Assembly (NCBI GenBank): GCA_039588275.1
Contig: JBDHAC010000018.1
Span: 31,600-95,599, forward strand
Source: Gemmatimonadota bacterium
GTDB taxonomy: Bacteria > Gemmatimonadota > Gemmatimonadetes > Palauibacterales > Palauibacteraceae
Direction: 5' to 3'
DNA length: 64,000 nucleotides
Shown one piece after another: positions 48,177 through 58,241 of this stretch. The notes beneath the pieces are model-generated. The model was given only the letters and a program-made list of their open reading frames with translations, searched no databases and was not told the origin of the DNA. Made by a program: the position numbers and the translations under genes. Numbering within the stretch: the stretch's first letter is position 1; each line of letters opens with the position of its first letter.

Positions 48177-48743
48177 ATGACGACGACGAGCCAGGTGGCG
48201 GAAACGACCGATCGGCACCAGATACACGCCGAGGAAACAGCGGATGTCGCTTCCGCCGTGGGCGGCGACATGGCGGCGTTCGAACGCCTGTACCGGCGAC
48301 ACGTCGGACGGGTGTTCAGCCTGGCCTGTCGGATGGTCGGGTCGGAGGAGGCGCAGGAGCTGACGCAGGACGTCTTCGTGCGGACCTGGCAGAAGCTCGG
48401 GACGTTCCGCGGTGATGCGGCGTTCGGTTCGTGGCTCTACCGGCTCGCCATCAATGTCATGTACGCGCACCAGCGGAAGCGCGCGAAGGAACGGGCGCGA
48501 ACCGTGGCGAGCGAGATACCGCTGGCGGTGGCGAGCGCCCGCCGAGAATCGGCGGAGATCCGGCTCGATTTCGACGTCGCGATCGAGCGGCTTCCGGAGG
48601 GCGCGCGGGAGGTATTCGTGCTCCATGACGTGGAGGGTTACAAGCACCGGGAGATCGCCGACATGATCGGCATCACCGCGGGCACATCGAAATCACAACT
48701 ACACCGCGCGCGCATGCTGTTGCGCGAGCACCTGGACCGCTGA
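48177..48743 (+). CDS. ECF (sigma-70 family) RNA polymerase sigma factor
   Basis: 'AFERLYRRH', 'ELTQDVFV', 'FGSWLYRLAIN', and region 4 'EGYKHREIA...GTSKSQLHRAR'. Confidence 0.93.
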   Translation: MTTTSQVAETTDRHQIHAEETADVASAVGGDMAAFERLYRRHVGRVFSLACRMVGSEEAQELTQDVFVRTWQKLGTFRGDAAFGSWLYRLAINVMYAHQRKRAKERARTVASEIPLAVASARRESAEIRLDFDVAIERLPEGAREVFVLHDVEGYKHREIADMIGITAGTSKSQLHRARMLLREHLDR

Positions 48744-48784
48744 GCGGCTCGCGTAAACGCGAGCGAGACGAAGTGAGGCACCGG

Positions 48785-49525
48785 ATGACCGACCGCTTCA
48801 CAGACCGACTTTCGGAGTACCTGGACGGCGATCTTTCGCCGGAGGACGCGCGCAGGGTGGAGACCCACCTGCATGATTGCGAGACATGCACGCGGGCGCT
48901 CGAGGAGCTGCGTGACGTGGTCGCGCGCGCGAACGCGGTGACGGATCGGGCCGTGCCGGAGGACCTGTGGCCGGGAATCGCGGCGCGCATACGGGAAGAT
49001 GTGTCGGCCACCTCCGAGCGATCGTCGGGCGATCTCGCCGCCACGCGGCTCGAACCGGTGATCTCATGGCGGCGGCGGCGAATCGCGCTCTCCATCCCGC
49101 AGCTGGCGGCGGCGGCGATCCTGCTCGTGGCGCTGGCCGGTGGAACGGCGTGGCTCGTGGGACCTGGTACGCTGCAGGACGTCTCGATCACCGGGGCGGG
49201 GGCCGACCCCGGAACGGGCGCCGGCGTTCCCGGAGCGATTCCCGCTGCCAATGCCGATCTCGAGCCGGTGAGCGCGGCGGTCCGTTATGCGATTGCCATC
49301 GACGAGCTGGAGAGGGCCCTGTTCGAACCGGGCGCACCGCTCCCGCGGTCGACGGAAGCCAAGATTCGGAACAGCCTCCGGACGATCGATCGGGCCATTG
49401 CGGATGCCCGGCGCGCGCTGGAAGAGGTTCCGACGGACGGATATCTGAGACAACACCTGACCGCCACCATGCGCCGTAAGGTGGATTTCCTGCGGCGCAC
49501 GACGCGGCTGGTTGCGCAAAGCTGA
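48785..49525 (+). CDS. Zinc-binding (ZAS, zf-HC2) membrane anti-sigma factor
   Basis: 'LSEYLDG', HxxxCxxC 'HLHDCETC', one TM helix and a periplasmic tail. It follows the ECF sigma gene. Confidence 0.88.
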   Translation: MTDRFTDRLSEYLDGDLSPEDARRVETHLHDCETCTRALEELRDVVARANAVTDRAVPEDLWPGIAARIREDVSATSERSSGDLAATRLEPVISWRRRRIALSIPQLAAAAILLVALAGGTAWLVGPGTLQDVSITGAGADPGTGAGVPGAIPAANADLEPVSAAVRYAIAIDELERALFEPGAPLPRSTEAKIRNSLRTIDRAIADARRALEEVPTDGYLRQHLTATMRRKVDFLRRTTRLVAQS

Positions 49526-49537
49526 GGGCGGAGGACG

Positions 49538-50398
49538 ATGCTTACACACTTGATAGCGGGGACGGTCGCTGCACTCTCGCTGGCTCAAGCCAGTGACACG
49601 ACGTTCGCGGTAGATCGCGACGTCCGTCTCTCGATCGACATGATGGCGGGGTCAATCGAGATCCGAGCCTGGGATCGCAGCGAGATCCGCGTGCAGAGCG
49701 CGGACGCCGACGAGGGAGGAGTCGAAATCTCGCAGTCGGGATCGGTGATCCGCATTCGGCCACGCGGCTACTGGGACGATGGCGAAGCGGACCTCGTCTT
49801 CACGATACCCACTTCAATGGCAGTCGAGGTCTCGAGCGGAGAAGGCGATATCCGAGTGAGCGGAACGCGTGGCTCCGTCGCGGCCGAGACGTTGGAGGGG
49901 GACGTGGAGATCCGGGATGCGGCGGACGTGGTATCGGTTCAGACCGTAGAAGGCGACATCGAGATCATCGGGGTACGCGGCGCGGTGCAGGTCGAGAGCG
50001 GCGATGGCGAGATCCGCCTCTCCGAGATCACCGGACCGATCGCCGCCGAGGGCATCGATGGCGACATCACCCTGCGCGGAATCGACTCCGAGGCGGTGGA
50101 GCTGTCCACGGTGGACGGCGACGTATGGTACGATGGGACGGTGCGCAGCGGCGGAGTGTACAGCCTCGTCACGCATGATGGCGACGTGACGTTCTCGGTG
50201 CCGGAGGGATCCGGTCTCGCGGTGTCCGTCGCGACGTTCGACGGATCGCTTCACCCGAGCTTTCCGGTCACGCTGCGCGGCGGCATAGGTCAGTTGACCG
50301 AGTTCACGATCGGGAACGGCTCGGCGCGCGTCGAGCTCGAGACGTTCGACGGAGACATCTATCTGATCCGGCCGGGAGAGCGCTCACCCGAGCCCTAG
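49538..50398 (+). CDS. DUF4097 beta-strand repeat protein
   Basis: GGAGG RBS, signal peptide and repeated '(E/D)GD(V/I)' turns. Confidence 0.82.
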   Translation: MLTHLIAGTVAALSLAQASDTTFAVDRDVRLSIDMMAGSIEIRAWDRSEIRVQSADADEGGVEISQSGSVIRIRPRGYWDDGEADLVFTIPTSMAVEVSSGEGDIRVSGTRGSVAAETLEGDVEIRDAADVVSVQTVEGDIEIIGVRGAVQVESGDGEIRLSEITGPIAAEGIDGDITLRGIDSEAVELSTVDGDVWYDGTVRSGGVYSLVTHDGDVTFSVPEGSGLAVSVATFDGSLHPSFPVTLRGGIGQLTEFTIGNGSARVELETFDGDIYLIRPGERSPEP

Positions 50399-50496
50399 CA
50401 GGTCCGGGCCGCAACGGCGTGGTTGAACCCCGGCGAGAACCACGCGTGATTCACTCGAGTCTTCAAGGATCCTCAGAACCCCACGGGAGGATGAAC

Positions 50497-51318
50497 ATGC
50501 TCCGACGGATCTTCCGGTTCTTCTCGACCCGGGCCCCACGAGTGGTCGGGGCGCTCGTCATCGCGGCCGGTTGCGCCGTGTCGAGCGCGGCGGCGCAGGA
50601 GACGTTTCAGTGGTCTGGCGCGATCCAGGGCGGCGACGTCGTTACCATCCGCGGCGTGAACGGAGAGATCGTGGCAACGGCGGCGACGGGTGGCGCGCTA
50701 ACCATCGAAGCCGTGAAAACCGGCCGGCGCAGCGAGCCCGAGACCGTCCGGGTCGAGGTCCTCGAGGATGCCCAAGGGGTGTTGGTATGCGCCGTCTACC
50801 CGGATGCGGAGGGGAAGGACCCCAACCGCTGCGCGCGTGGAGATGATTACGAGATGAACGTCGACGAGAACGACGTCCGAGTCGACTTTCAGGTGAGGAT
50901 CCCGGCCGGGGTCGGGTTGGACGCACGCACCGTGAACGGGGACGTCGAAGCCACGGGGCTCACGGGTCGGGTCAAGGTCATGACGGTGAACGGGTCGATA
51001 GACGTCGAGACGCGGGCAACGGCATCCGCCACGACGGTGAACGGCTCGATCGATGCGGCGCTCGGCAGCTCGGCGTGGGATGGCCCGCTCAGCTTCAAGA
51101 CCGTCAACGGAGGCATCACGCTCAGCGTGCCGGATGGCACCGCGGCGGACGTGGTCATGGAGACCTTGAACGGCGCCATCGAGTCCGACTTCCCGTTCAC
51201 CATCCAGGGTCGAATGGGATTCCCCCACCGCAGGCTGCAGGGAGCGATCGGCGGCGGGGGCGAGCGCCTGGAGCTCGAGACGGTCAACGGGAGCATTCGC
51301 CTCCTGTCGTCAGGGTGA
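50497..51318 (+). CDS. DUF4097 beta-strand repeat protein
   Basis: GGAGG RBS, signal peptide (AAAQ) and five 'TVNG' repeats. Confidence 0.82.
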   Translation: MLRRIFRFFSTRAPRVVGALVIAAGCAVSSAAAQETFQWSGAIQGGDVVTIRGVNGEIVATAATGGALTIEAVKTGRRSEPETVRVEVLEDAQGVLVCAVYPDAEGKDPNRCARGDDYEMNVDENDVRVDFQVRIPAGVGLDARTVNGDVEATGLTGRVKVMTVNGSIDVETRATASATTVNGSIDAALGSSAWDGPLSFKTVNGGITLSVPDGTAADVVMETLNGAIESDFPFTIQGRMGFPHRRLQGAIGGGGERLELETVNGSIRLLSSG

Positions 51319-51377
51319 AGGCGTGACCCGCTCGCCCGGCTGACGTCCCGGGGCGGCTTGCCGGCGCCCCAAGCACC

Positions 51378-51767
51378 TCAGCCGATCACCGCGACCGCTT
51401 CGATCTCGACCAGCGCTTCGGGATCGACGAGACCGGCCACCGCGACCAGCGTGGTGGCCGGTTTCGTTTCGCCGAACACCTCGCCGTGCGCGCGCCCCAC
51501 TTCCTCCCAGACTTCGGGGTCCAGCACGAACATGCGCGTCCGAACGACGTCACCGATCGAAGCACCGGCTGCCGCGAGCGCCTGGGAGATGATCTCGAGG
51601 CAGCGCCGGGCCTGCCCGTAGGGATCCCCGGTCGGCGCGATACGCCCCTCGCCGTCGACAGCGACCGTGCCGGACACGTACACGGTGTCGCCGGCGCGCA
51701 CGGCCCTCGAGTACCCGACGGAGGCCGCCCACGGCGCGGCCGTCGGCACCTTCAACCGGTCGTTCAT
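51378..51767 (-). CDS. RidA/YjgF-family (Rid) protein
   Basis: 'VGYSRAV', 'VYVSGT', 'DVVRTRMFV', 'GRAHGEVFG', 'PATT', 'LVEIEA'. Confidence 0.88.
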   Translation of the reverse strand: MNDRLKVPTAAPWAASVGYSRAVRAGDTVYVSGTVAVDGEGRIAPTGDPYGQARRCLEIISQALAAAGASIGDVVRTRMFVLDPEVWEEVGRAHGEVFGETKPATTLVAVAGLVDPEALVEIEAVAVIG

Positions 51768-51936
51768 CGATGCGGTGCGAGCCAATTGGCTCGCGGCCGT
51801 GGGTTCGACGCTCGGCATCCCAACACGGCCCCTCCTTTCTTCTTTCCTGCGGAACAGCTGCGATCTCGCCCTCCGCTCACCGATCCGGGCCCGGGACCCC
51901 GGCGGACGGGTGACCACCACTGTACATTCGCTGGCC

Positions 51937-52830
51937 ATGCGCGCGGAAGCGAAGGGAGCGCTCGCGATTCTCGGCTCTTCGCTCGGGTACGCCACGTTGC
52001 CCGTGCTGGCCAAGATGGCGCTGGACGCGGGAGTCGAGGTGCTGCCGCTTCTCGCCTGGCGCTTCCTCATAGGCGCCGCGCTCGTCTGGCTGGTCTTCGC
52101 GGCTACTCGTCGCGAGACGCCGGCGCGTGCCATTCTGCTCCCGCTCCTCGGACTCGGAACGCTGTACGCGACGAACTCGTTCGCGTTCATGGCGGGGCTG
52201 GTGTGGATTCCCGCGTCGCTGGCGTCCCTCGTCTTCTTCACGTACCCGGCGGTGGTCGTCCTGCTCGCACGCGTGTTCGTGGGGGAGCCGCTCACGACGC
52301 GCCGTCTCACCGCTCTCGTCCTGGCTTTGATCGGCTGTGCACTAACGGCCGGTTTCGGCTTGAGCGGCGGCGATCCACGAGGCGTGTTCCTGGTGCTCGT
52401 CTCGGTCGCCCTCATAGCGGTGTTCATCGTGGCCAGCCACCCGGTGCTCGAGGCGTCGCCCGAACTGGCGGGATCCGCGGTCATCCTCACGGGAACGGCG
52501 CTCGTGACCGTAGCCGTGACCGCCGCGGTGGGAGACTTCGCGTTGCCCGGCGGCCCGCGAGTCGTGCTGATCGTGGTCCTCCTCGGGGCCCTCTCCACGG
52601 CACTTCCGGTCACCCTGTTTCTGGTCGGAATCAAGTGGATCGGTCCCGCGCGCGCCGCGGTGTTCTCGACCCTGGAACCGGCGTTCACCGTGCTGCTCGC
52701 GGCGCTTGTCCTCAGGGAGCGTCTGACGGGGCTTCAGCTCGCGGGCGGCGCGTTGATCCTAATCGCCGTGGTATGGTTGAGGCTCGAGCGTCCCCTGGCC
52801 GACGAGCCGAAGGCTCTCGACGCGCCCTGA
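51937..52830 (+). CDS. DMT/EamA-family transporter
   Basis: About 10 TM helices, 'LAWRF', 'FFTYP', 'STLEP', 'L.ERL...QLAGG'. Confidence 0.88.
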   Translation: MRAEAKGALAILGSSLGYATLPVLAKMALDAGVEVLPLLAWRFLIGAALVWLVFAATRRETPARAILLPLLGLGTLYATNSFAFMAGLVWIPASLASLVFFTYPAVVVLLARVFVGEPLTTRRLTALVLALIGCALTAGFGLSGGDPRGVFLVLVSVALIAVFIVASHPVLEASPELAGSAVILTGTALVTVAVTAAVGDFALPGGPRVVLIVVLLGALSTALPVTLFLVGIKWIGPARAAVFSTLEPAFTVLLAALVLRERLTGLQLAGGALILIAVVWLRLERPLADEPKALDAP

Positions 52831-52857
52831 GGCTCCCGACGCGCCCTGAGGCTCCCG
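52818..52857. repeat. 19-bp tandem duplication (CGACGCGCCCTGAGGCTCC x2) spanning the EamA stop codon
   Basis: Exact copies at 52818-52836 and 52837-52855. Confidence 0.9.
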
Positions 52858-52869
52858 CGGACAGTCTGA

Positions 52870-55800
52870 CTAGAACCGGCCCGCTGTCACGCGGCGCGTG
52901 TTGTACGCGTCACGCCAGGCCCGGTGCGACGCATCGTCAGGGAACATCTCATCCGGCCCGTACGGGTACCGGGACTGCGCGCGGAACGGGAGCGGCTCGA
53001 CCGTCTGCCCGGTTCCCGTGTTGAGGTCTCCGTCCTTCACCCAACCGTCGGTGTACAGCAGGAAGGTGCGCGTCCAGCCTTCCCGCAGCGCCGGCGCCTC
53101 GTCCGCGCGGAACGAGATGGTGACCTCATCGCCCGCGTTGGTGATCACGTACATGTCGTCGGGCTCTTCGAGCAGGGGCGTGACATCCCCGTATCGCGTG
53201 TAGTCGCCCTCCAGGTCGCTCCATTTGGGGTCGGTGGTGACGTCGCCGTATTCGAACCAGTGGGGTCCGTAGCGCCCTCCGAGCCGGTACTCGCGCGAGA
53301 ACCCTCGATAGTGAAGATCGGCGGCCGCGGGCACGAGCGTCGTCAGGCGCACTTCATCCTCCGCCGGAGTGACGCGACCGGTGGTGAAGAACGCGTGGTC
53401 CCAGTAGAGCTGCACGTTCGTTCGGATCCTGACGCTCCGATCCTCGCTCAAGAACCGCCCGGTCAGGTCGAGCGCGACGGTCTTGTTCTTCCCCGCCGGG
53501 ATCCCGATGTCGTCGATCACCGTGCGCCACGCCCCGTCGGCGTCGCGCAGCTGGAGATAGGGGAATACGGACCGCTCCGCCGAGGATTGCGACATGGCTA
53601 CGTTGATGCTGGCGTCGGTCGGGAAGATCCACCCGGTGAGGTAGAGCACGACGCTGTCCGAGCGCGCGGCATCGCCGAGATCGAGGATCAGGTCATGCAT
53701 CTCCGTCAGCCCCTGAAACCGTCCGGGTCGCAGGTTCGAAACGTAGCGGTGGTCGGCTGCCGCGAGATCGGCGAGCAGGTCGTCTCCACGATCATCCGTC
53801 GCGGCGCGCACCGGGTGCCGGCGCGCGATCCGGAACAGCTTCAACGAGGTCGGCTGGGTGGGCAGGAAGCGCTCGTCGACCCGGATCTCGATCGAATCGG
53901 GGTGATCGATCGTCAACAGCTTCACCTCGTCGATGTAGACCGTCTCCCAGAGCTCCTCGGTGAGCTGGATCGAGTAGGCGCCGTCCTCCCGCGGGACCAG
54001 GGCATCGGGTGCGATTCGGTTGTACTGCTGCGAGGGGAAGCCCGGCGCGAACGCGCGCTCCCCCGTTCCGCCCAGGATGCCGAGCGGCATACCGAGTGCG
54101 CTGCGCCACAGCACGTCGGTGACGAACTCGTACGACTCCCCGTTCCAGGCATACAGGAAGGGGCACGATCCCTTGAGCGTCTGTTGTTCCACCAGATCCT
54201 GATCCGTGCCGGGGAAGAAGAGGTCCTGAGCGACGCCATTAGGCCACTCGACCCGGATCACGTCGGCCTTGAGCCGGCCGTCCAATCCGAAGTGCAGATA
54301 GGGGCGGCTCGCGACCTGCGCCTGCAGATGGTCCCCGATGCGCACCTCCACGCGGGAGCCGATCCCGAACCGGTTGTTCTTGCGACTGCCTTCGCCCAGA
54401 CCTACCAGATCCAGGCGCAGGTAGTGGTTGGCGTTGCCCCCGTCGTTGCGCAGGAGACGGGAGCTACCGTCCTGCATGGCCAGGAAGAGGTCCAAGTCCC
54501 CGTCCTCGTTGTAATCGGCGGGGAGTACGCGCGCGACATCGCCCCCTAGCGCCGGGAGGAACCGATTGGCGTCGCTGAACCGCCCATCCCCTTCGTTGCG
54601 CAGGAGGAGCAATCCGCTGCCTCCCGGGTCGGCAGGCCGACCCGCCACGACCAGATCCAGGCGGGCGTCGTTGTCGAAGTCGAGGAAGGCGGCGTCGCTC
54701 ACGTCGAAGCCCGCGAGCCCCCCCAGTGCGCTATCCGCGCGCCCATCGCGCTCGAAGCGTCCCCCGGTGACGTTGCGGTACATCGAGCCCGGGGCCCCCG
54801 CTGCCGTCCCGAGGAACAGGTCGAGCCAGCCATCGTTGTCGTAGTCGCCCACCGCCACCGAGCCATACCCGCCGTCGGTAGGCAAGCCGCTCTCGGCGGT
54901 CTCGTCCCGGAGGCGTCCACCGCGCTGATTCGAATACAGCGTGACCCCCGTGGCGGCGTCCGCGACCACCAGATCCACATCCCGATCGTCGTCGAAATCC
55001 GCGAACGCGGGCGCGCGGCTGTCCGCCTCGGGCGAACCCGCGATGCCCGCCTGGGCGGCCCGATCCTCGAAGGTGCCATCCCCGTTGTTTCGGTAAAAAC
55101 GATTCGCGCCCCGGCGCGCTTCGTATAGGTCCAGATCGCCGTCCAGGTCCAGATCGACGAACACGGCGCGGTGTCCACCGGCTTCACTGTCGGTCCCCAG
55201 GATCACGGCTTCGCCGAAGCGTCCGTCCCCATCGTTGTGCAGCAGCGCTGAGGCTCGCTCGCCCATCAGGTAGAGATCCAGTCGACGATCGTCGTCGTAG
55301 TCGCCGAAACGCGCATCGCGGATCGGTCCGATGTCGGGGAAGGCCTGACCGTTCGACGGCTCGACGAAGCGACCGAGGTCGCCCCGGAGCAGGCGACCGC
55401 CGGCCGCAGCCGACCAGGCGTACAGGTCCTCGTCCCGGTCTCCGTCGTAGTCCCCGAGCGCGAGCGCGCCGGGTCCCGCCATCGATCCGGGAGCCTCGCC
55501 CGCGGCGGGATCGGCCGCCAGACCCGCGGTGGACGAGGCGTCCGTGTACCGAAGAGCGGCCAGAACGGCCTCCTCCTCCTGGATGCGCAACGAGAAGGTG
55601 TGGCTGAATCCGAGCTGCGGGATCCCCACCAGCGTTCCTGCGGGGCCACGGAGCGCCTCCATGCCGGCTTGAAATGGCGGTGCGACCTCGAAGTAGCGGC
55701 GAAAATCCGCCAGGCTTACGAGCGCCTCGTCGACCAGACCCGCCCGGGCCGCGTCGACCGTGACCTGGAAGGGCTCGAGCCCGATCGCGGGGAAATCAGG

Positions 55801-56442
55801 CGCCTGCTGTCGCAGCGCCTCGAGCTGCCCGAGTGCGCTGTCGGGCGCCTGAGCCTCCAGGAGTCGCTGCGCCAGCTGGAGTCGGGCCGCGAGGTTCCCG
55901 GGGTCCAGCTCGACGATGCGTACCAGGCGAGATCGGCTCGCGTCCGCACTCGTTGCGGCCTCGCCGCTGGTCCACTCGGCCAGGGCCCAGAGCGTACGGA
56001 GGTGCTCGGGGTTCGTTCTGATCGATTCTTCCAGCTCGGCTCGTGCGTCCTCGGTCCGTCCGGCCGCCTCGAGGATGCGAGCGAGAGTGAGGCGGTGATC
56101 GGGATCATCCGGCTCGATCTCGAGCGCGCGGCGGATGCGAGCCTCGGCCTCCGGGAGCTCCCCCGCTCGCAGGTGCACCAGGGCGAGGCTGGCATAGCCC
56201 GCTGCCTCCTCGGGGGCAAGCTGCGTGAGCCGCGTGAACTCTACCGCCGCTTCGTCCAACCGATCTTGCTGCAGGAAGGTGAGGCCGGCGGTGCGCGCGG
56301 CGAGCACATCCGCAGCCGAGACCGACGTGTCGACGTCCGGCTCACCACACCCGTAGGCGATTCCGCCGAGGACGGTCACCGTCAGGGCGATCCTCATGGC
56401 CAAACTCGGTCCGGTGCGCTCCCGGAGCGCGTGGCGATTCAT
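52870..56442 (-). CDS. Lipoprotein with TPRs, FG-GAP/VCBS beta-propeller, ASPIC-UnbV domain and large C-terminal domain (CRTAC1-like)
   Basis: Lipobox-like 'AYGC', TPRs, many 'DxDxDGxxDL' repeats, 'NRFGIGSRVEV...HFGL...V.WPNG', then an 'SCPFLYAWNG' domain. ATGA overlap with the upstream gene. Confidence 0.85.
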   Translation of the reverse strand: MNRHALRERTGPSLAMRIALTVTVLGGIAYGCGEPDVDTSVSAADVLAARTAGLTFLQQDRLDEAAVEFTRLTQLAPEEAAGYASLALVHLRAGELPEAEARIRRALEIEPDDPDHRLTLARILEAAGRTEDARAELEESIRTNPEHLRTLWALAEWTSGEAATSADASRSRLVRIVELDPGNLAARLQLAQRLLEAQAPDSALGQLEALRQQAPDFPAIGLEPFQVTVDAARAGLVDEALVSLADFRRYFEVAPPFQAGMEALRGPAGTLVGIPQLGFSHTFSLRIQEEEAVLAALRYTDASSTAGLAADPAAGEAPGSMAGPGALALGDYDGDRDEDLYAWSAAAGGRLLRGDLGRFVEPSNGQAFPDIGPIRDARFGDYDDDRRLDLYLMGERASALLHNDGDGRFGEAVILGTDSEAGGHRAVFVDLDLDGDLDLYEARRGANRFYRNNGDGTFEDRAAQAGIAGSPEADSRAPAFADFDDDRDVDLVVADAATGVTLYSNQRGGRLRDETAESGLPTDGGYGSVAVGDYDNDGWLDLFLGTAAGAPGSMYRNVTGGRFERDGRADSALGGLAGFDVSDAAFLDFDNDARLDLVVAGRPADPGGSGLLLLRNEGDGRFSDANRFLPALGGDVARVLPADYNEDGDLDLFLAMQDGSSRLLRNDGGNANHYLRLDLVGLGEGSRKNNRFGIGSRVEVRIGDHLQAQVASRPYLHFGLDGRLKADVIRVEWPNGVAQDLFFPGTDQDLVEQQTLKGSCPFLYAWNGESYEFVTDVLWRSALGMPLGILGGTGERAFAPGFPSQQYNRIAPDALVPREDGAYSIQLTEELWETVYIDEVKLLTIDHPDSIEIRVDERFLPTQPTSLKLFRIARRHPVRAATDDRGDDLLADLAAADHRYVSNLRPGRFQGLTEMHDLILDLGDAARSDSVVLYLTGWIFPTDASINVAMSQSSAERSVFPYLQLRDADGAWRTVIDDIGIPAGKNKTVALDLTGRFLSEDRSVRIRTNVQLYWDHAFFTTGRVTPAEDEVRLTTLVPAAADLHYRGFSREYRLGGRYGPHWFEYGDVTTDPKWSDLEGDYTRYGDVTPLLEEPDDMYVITNAGDEVTISFRADEAPALREGWTRTFLLYTDGWVKDGDLNTGTGQTVEPLPFRAQSRYPYGPDEMFPDDASHRAWRDAYNTRRVTAGRF

Positions 56443-58241
56443 CGAGATGTACTTTCAGCCGCGAAGGCGTCCGGAGGTTCGTTGATTACGAGCTCCGACC
56501 CGGCTTCGGCGCGTCCATGTCTGCTGATACCACCCCCGGGCCAGCGTACGACCAGGCTGTCCGCGGCCGCATGCTCGCCCAGCCCGAGTATGACCGGGTT
56601 GAGCTCGGATTGGGAAAGATACGAGGAGCCGGTCCGAACCATCCGCCGTTGCGCCGTTTCGCCGGCGTACAACGTTACGACCGCGCCGATCGCGTCGCGG
56701 TTCGGGGCCGCCCCGATCAGGCGGATGCGAAGCCAGCGAGCTCCATCCGTCGGGAGATCGTTTCGCAGCAACTTCGCCGGGCCTCCGTTCACGCTGATCA
56801 CCAGATCGAGATCTCCGTCGTGGTCAATGTCCGCGGTGGCGATCCCACGCGCCACGATTGGTTGGTCGAAGCCCCCGCCAACCTGCCCGGTCACGTCGAC
56901 GAACTGGCCCCGACCATCGTTCTGCAGCAGCTGCGGGAGTTGCGCGAACGTGACGTCCCCCTGGACCGCGTTGATGTCGGGCTCGATGTGCCCGTTGCCG
57001 AGCAGGAGATCCGGATATCCGTCCAGATCCAGGTCGGCGAACAGGAGGCCGAACGTCAACGGAAGCAGCGTCGACCGAGTGAGTCGGGCCGACCCGGCGA
57101 GGTCCTGGAAGAGCCCGTCGCCGATCTGCGTGTACAACGACACCGGCTCGTTGCTGAAGTTGCCGATCGCGATCGAGAGGCGACCGGAGCTCGTCACATC
57201 CGCCACATCGATCCCCATCCCCGCTCTCGCCCGCCCGTACTCGTCGAACGCCACCCCGGCGGGGAGCGCGTGATCGGTGAACGTCCCGTCGCCGTCATTC
57301 AGGTAGAAGAAGTTCTGGTACGTGTCGTTCGAGACGACGATATCCAGCCACCTGTCGCCGTTGAAGTCCTCCACCGCCACGCCGAGCGACTTGCCCTCGG
57401 GGTTCGCGAGTCCGACCGCGTCGGTCACGTCGATGAAGCCCGGCCCGCGAGCGGAGGGCTCGCCGCCCTGGTTCCGGTACAGGCGGCAGGATTCTCCGTC
57501 GTATTGATGCGGGGTCGCGTACGACTTGTTCGTCCCGTCCAGAGTCGTGAACAGGTCCGTTTCCGGCGTCCACTGGACGTAGTTGCAGACGAACAGATCG
57601 AGCCAGCCGTCCCGATCAACGTCCAGCCAGGCCGCACCCGTGGACCAGGCGGGAGGCGCGTCCTCACCGGGACGGTTCCCGCTCGTCCCGGTGAGAGCCG
57701 TCACGTCCGTGAACCGGCCCCCGTCGTTTCGGAGCAGCTTGTTGTCCCCGACCGCGGTCAGGTAGAGATCGGGATCCCCGTCGGCATCGTAGTCCGCAGC
57801 CGCGATTCCCATTCCGTAAAGGGGAATGTCCAATCCCGCGGCACGCGTTACATCCTCGAACCGACCGTCCCCCAGGTTCCGATACAAACGCGACGTGGGC
57901 CGGCGGCCCCCCGCTCTACCGGGCCAAGTCGTGCTGTTGACGAGCAGCAGGTCCGGCCAGCCATCCACGTCGTAGTCGAGGAAGGCGGCCCCGCTCCCGA
58001 TCGTCTCCGGCATCCACTTCTGGCCGAAGGCCCCGGTCTCGTGGATGAAATCGACGCCGGCCTCGGACGTGACGTCCTTGAAGCGGATCGACGTGACCAG
58101 GGTCCGTGTCTGGGTCGTCGCATACGCGGGACCCGTGTACGCGGGTGGGGCATCGAGCGCGGTGTCGGGCTCGCCGCACGCGCTCGACATACCCACGCAC
58201 GTGGAGGCGAGGAGAATGTGTGCAGCCGGTGAACGGTTCAT
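56439..58241 (-). CDS. CRTAC1-family lipoprotein (FG-GAP propeller plus ASPIC-UnbV)
   Basis: Lipobox 'SSAC', 'ETIGSGAAFLDYD.DG', 'RAGMGID', 'NRDAIGA', 'GSSYLSQSE...GLG', 'VRWPGG'. ATGA overlaps at both ends. Confidence 0.88.
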   Translation of the reverse strand: MNRSPAAHILLASTCVGMSSACGEPDTALDAPPAYTGPAYATTQTRTLVTSIRFKDVTSEAGVDFIHETGAFGQKWMPETIGSGAAFLDYDVDGWPDLLLVNSTTWPGRAGGRRPTSRLYRNLGDGRFEDVTRAAGLDIPLYGMGIAAADYDADGDPDLYLTAVGDNKLLRNDGGRFTDVTALTGTSGNRPGEDAPPAWSTGAAWLDVDRDGWLDLFVCNYVQWTPETDLFTTLDGTNKSYATPHQYDGESCRLYRNQGGEPSARGPGFIDVTDAVGLANPEGKSLGVAVEDFNGDRWLDIVVSNDTYQNFFYLNDGDGTFTDHALPAGVAFDEYGRARAGMGIDVADVTSSGRLSIAIGNFSNEPVSLYTQIGDGLFQDLAGSARLTRSTLLPLTFGLLFADLDLDGYPDLLLGNGHIEPDINAVQGDVTFAQLPQLLQNDGRGQFVDVTGQVGGGFDQPIVARGIATADIDHDGDLDLVISVNGGPAKLLRNDLPTDGARWLRIRLIGAAPNRDAIGAVVTLYAGETAQRRMVRTGSSYLSQSELNPVILGLGEHAAADSLVVRWPGGGISRHGRAEAGSELVINEPPDAFAAESTSR

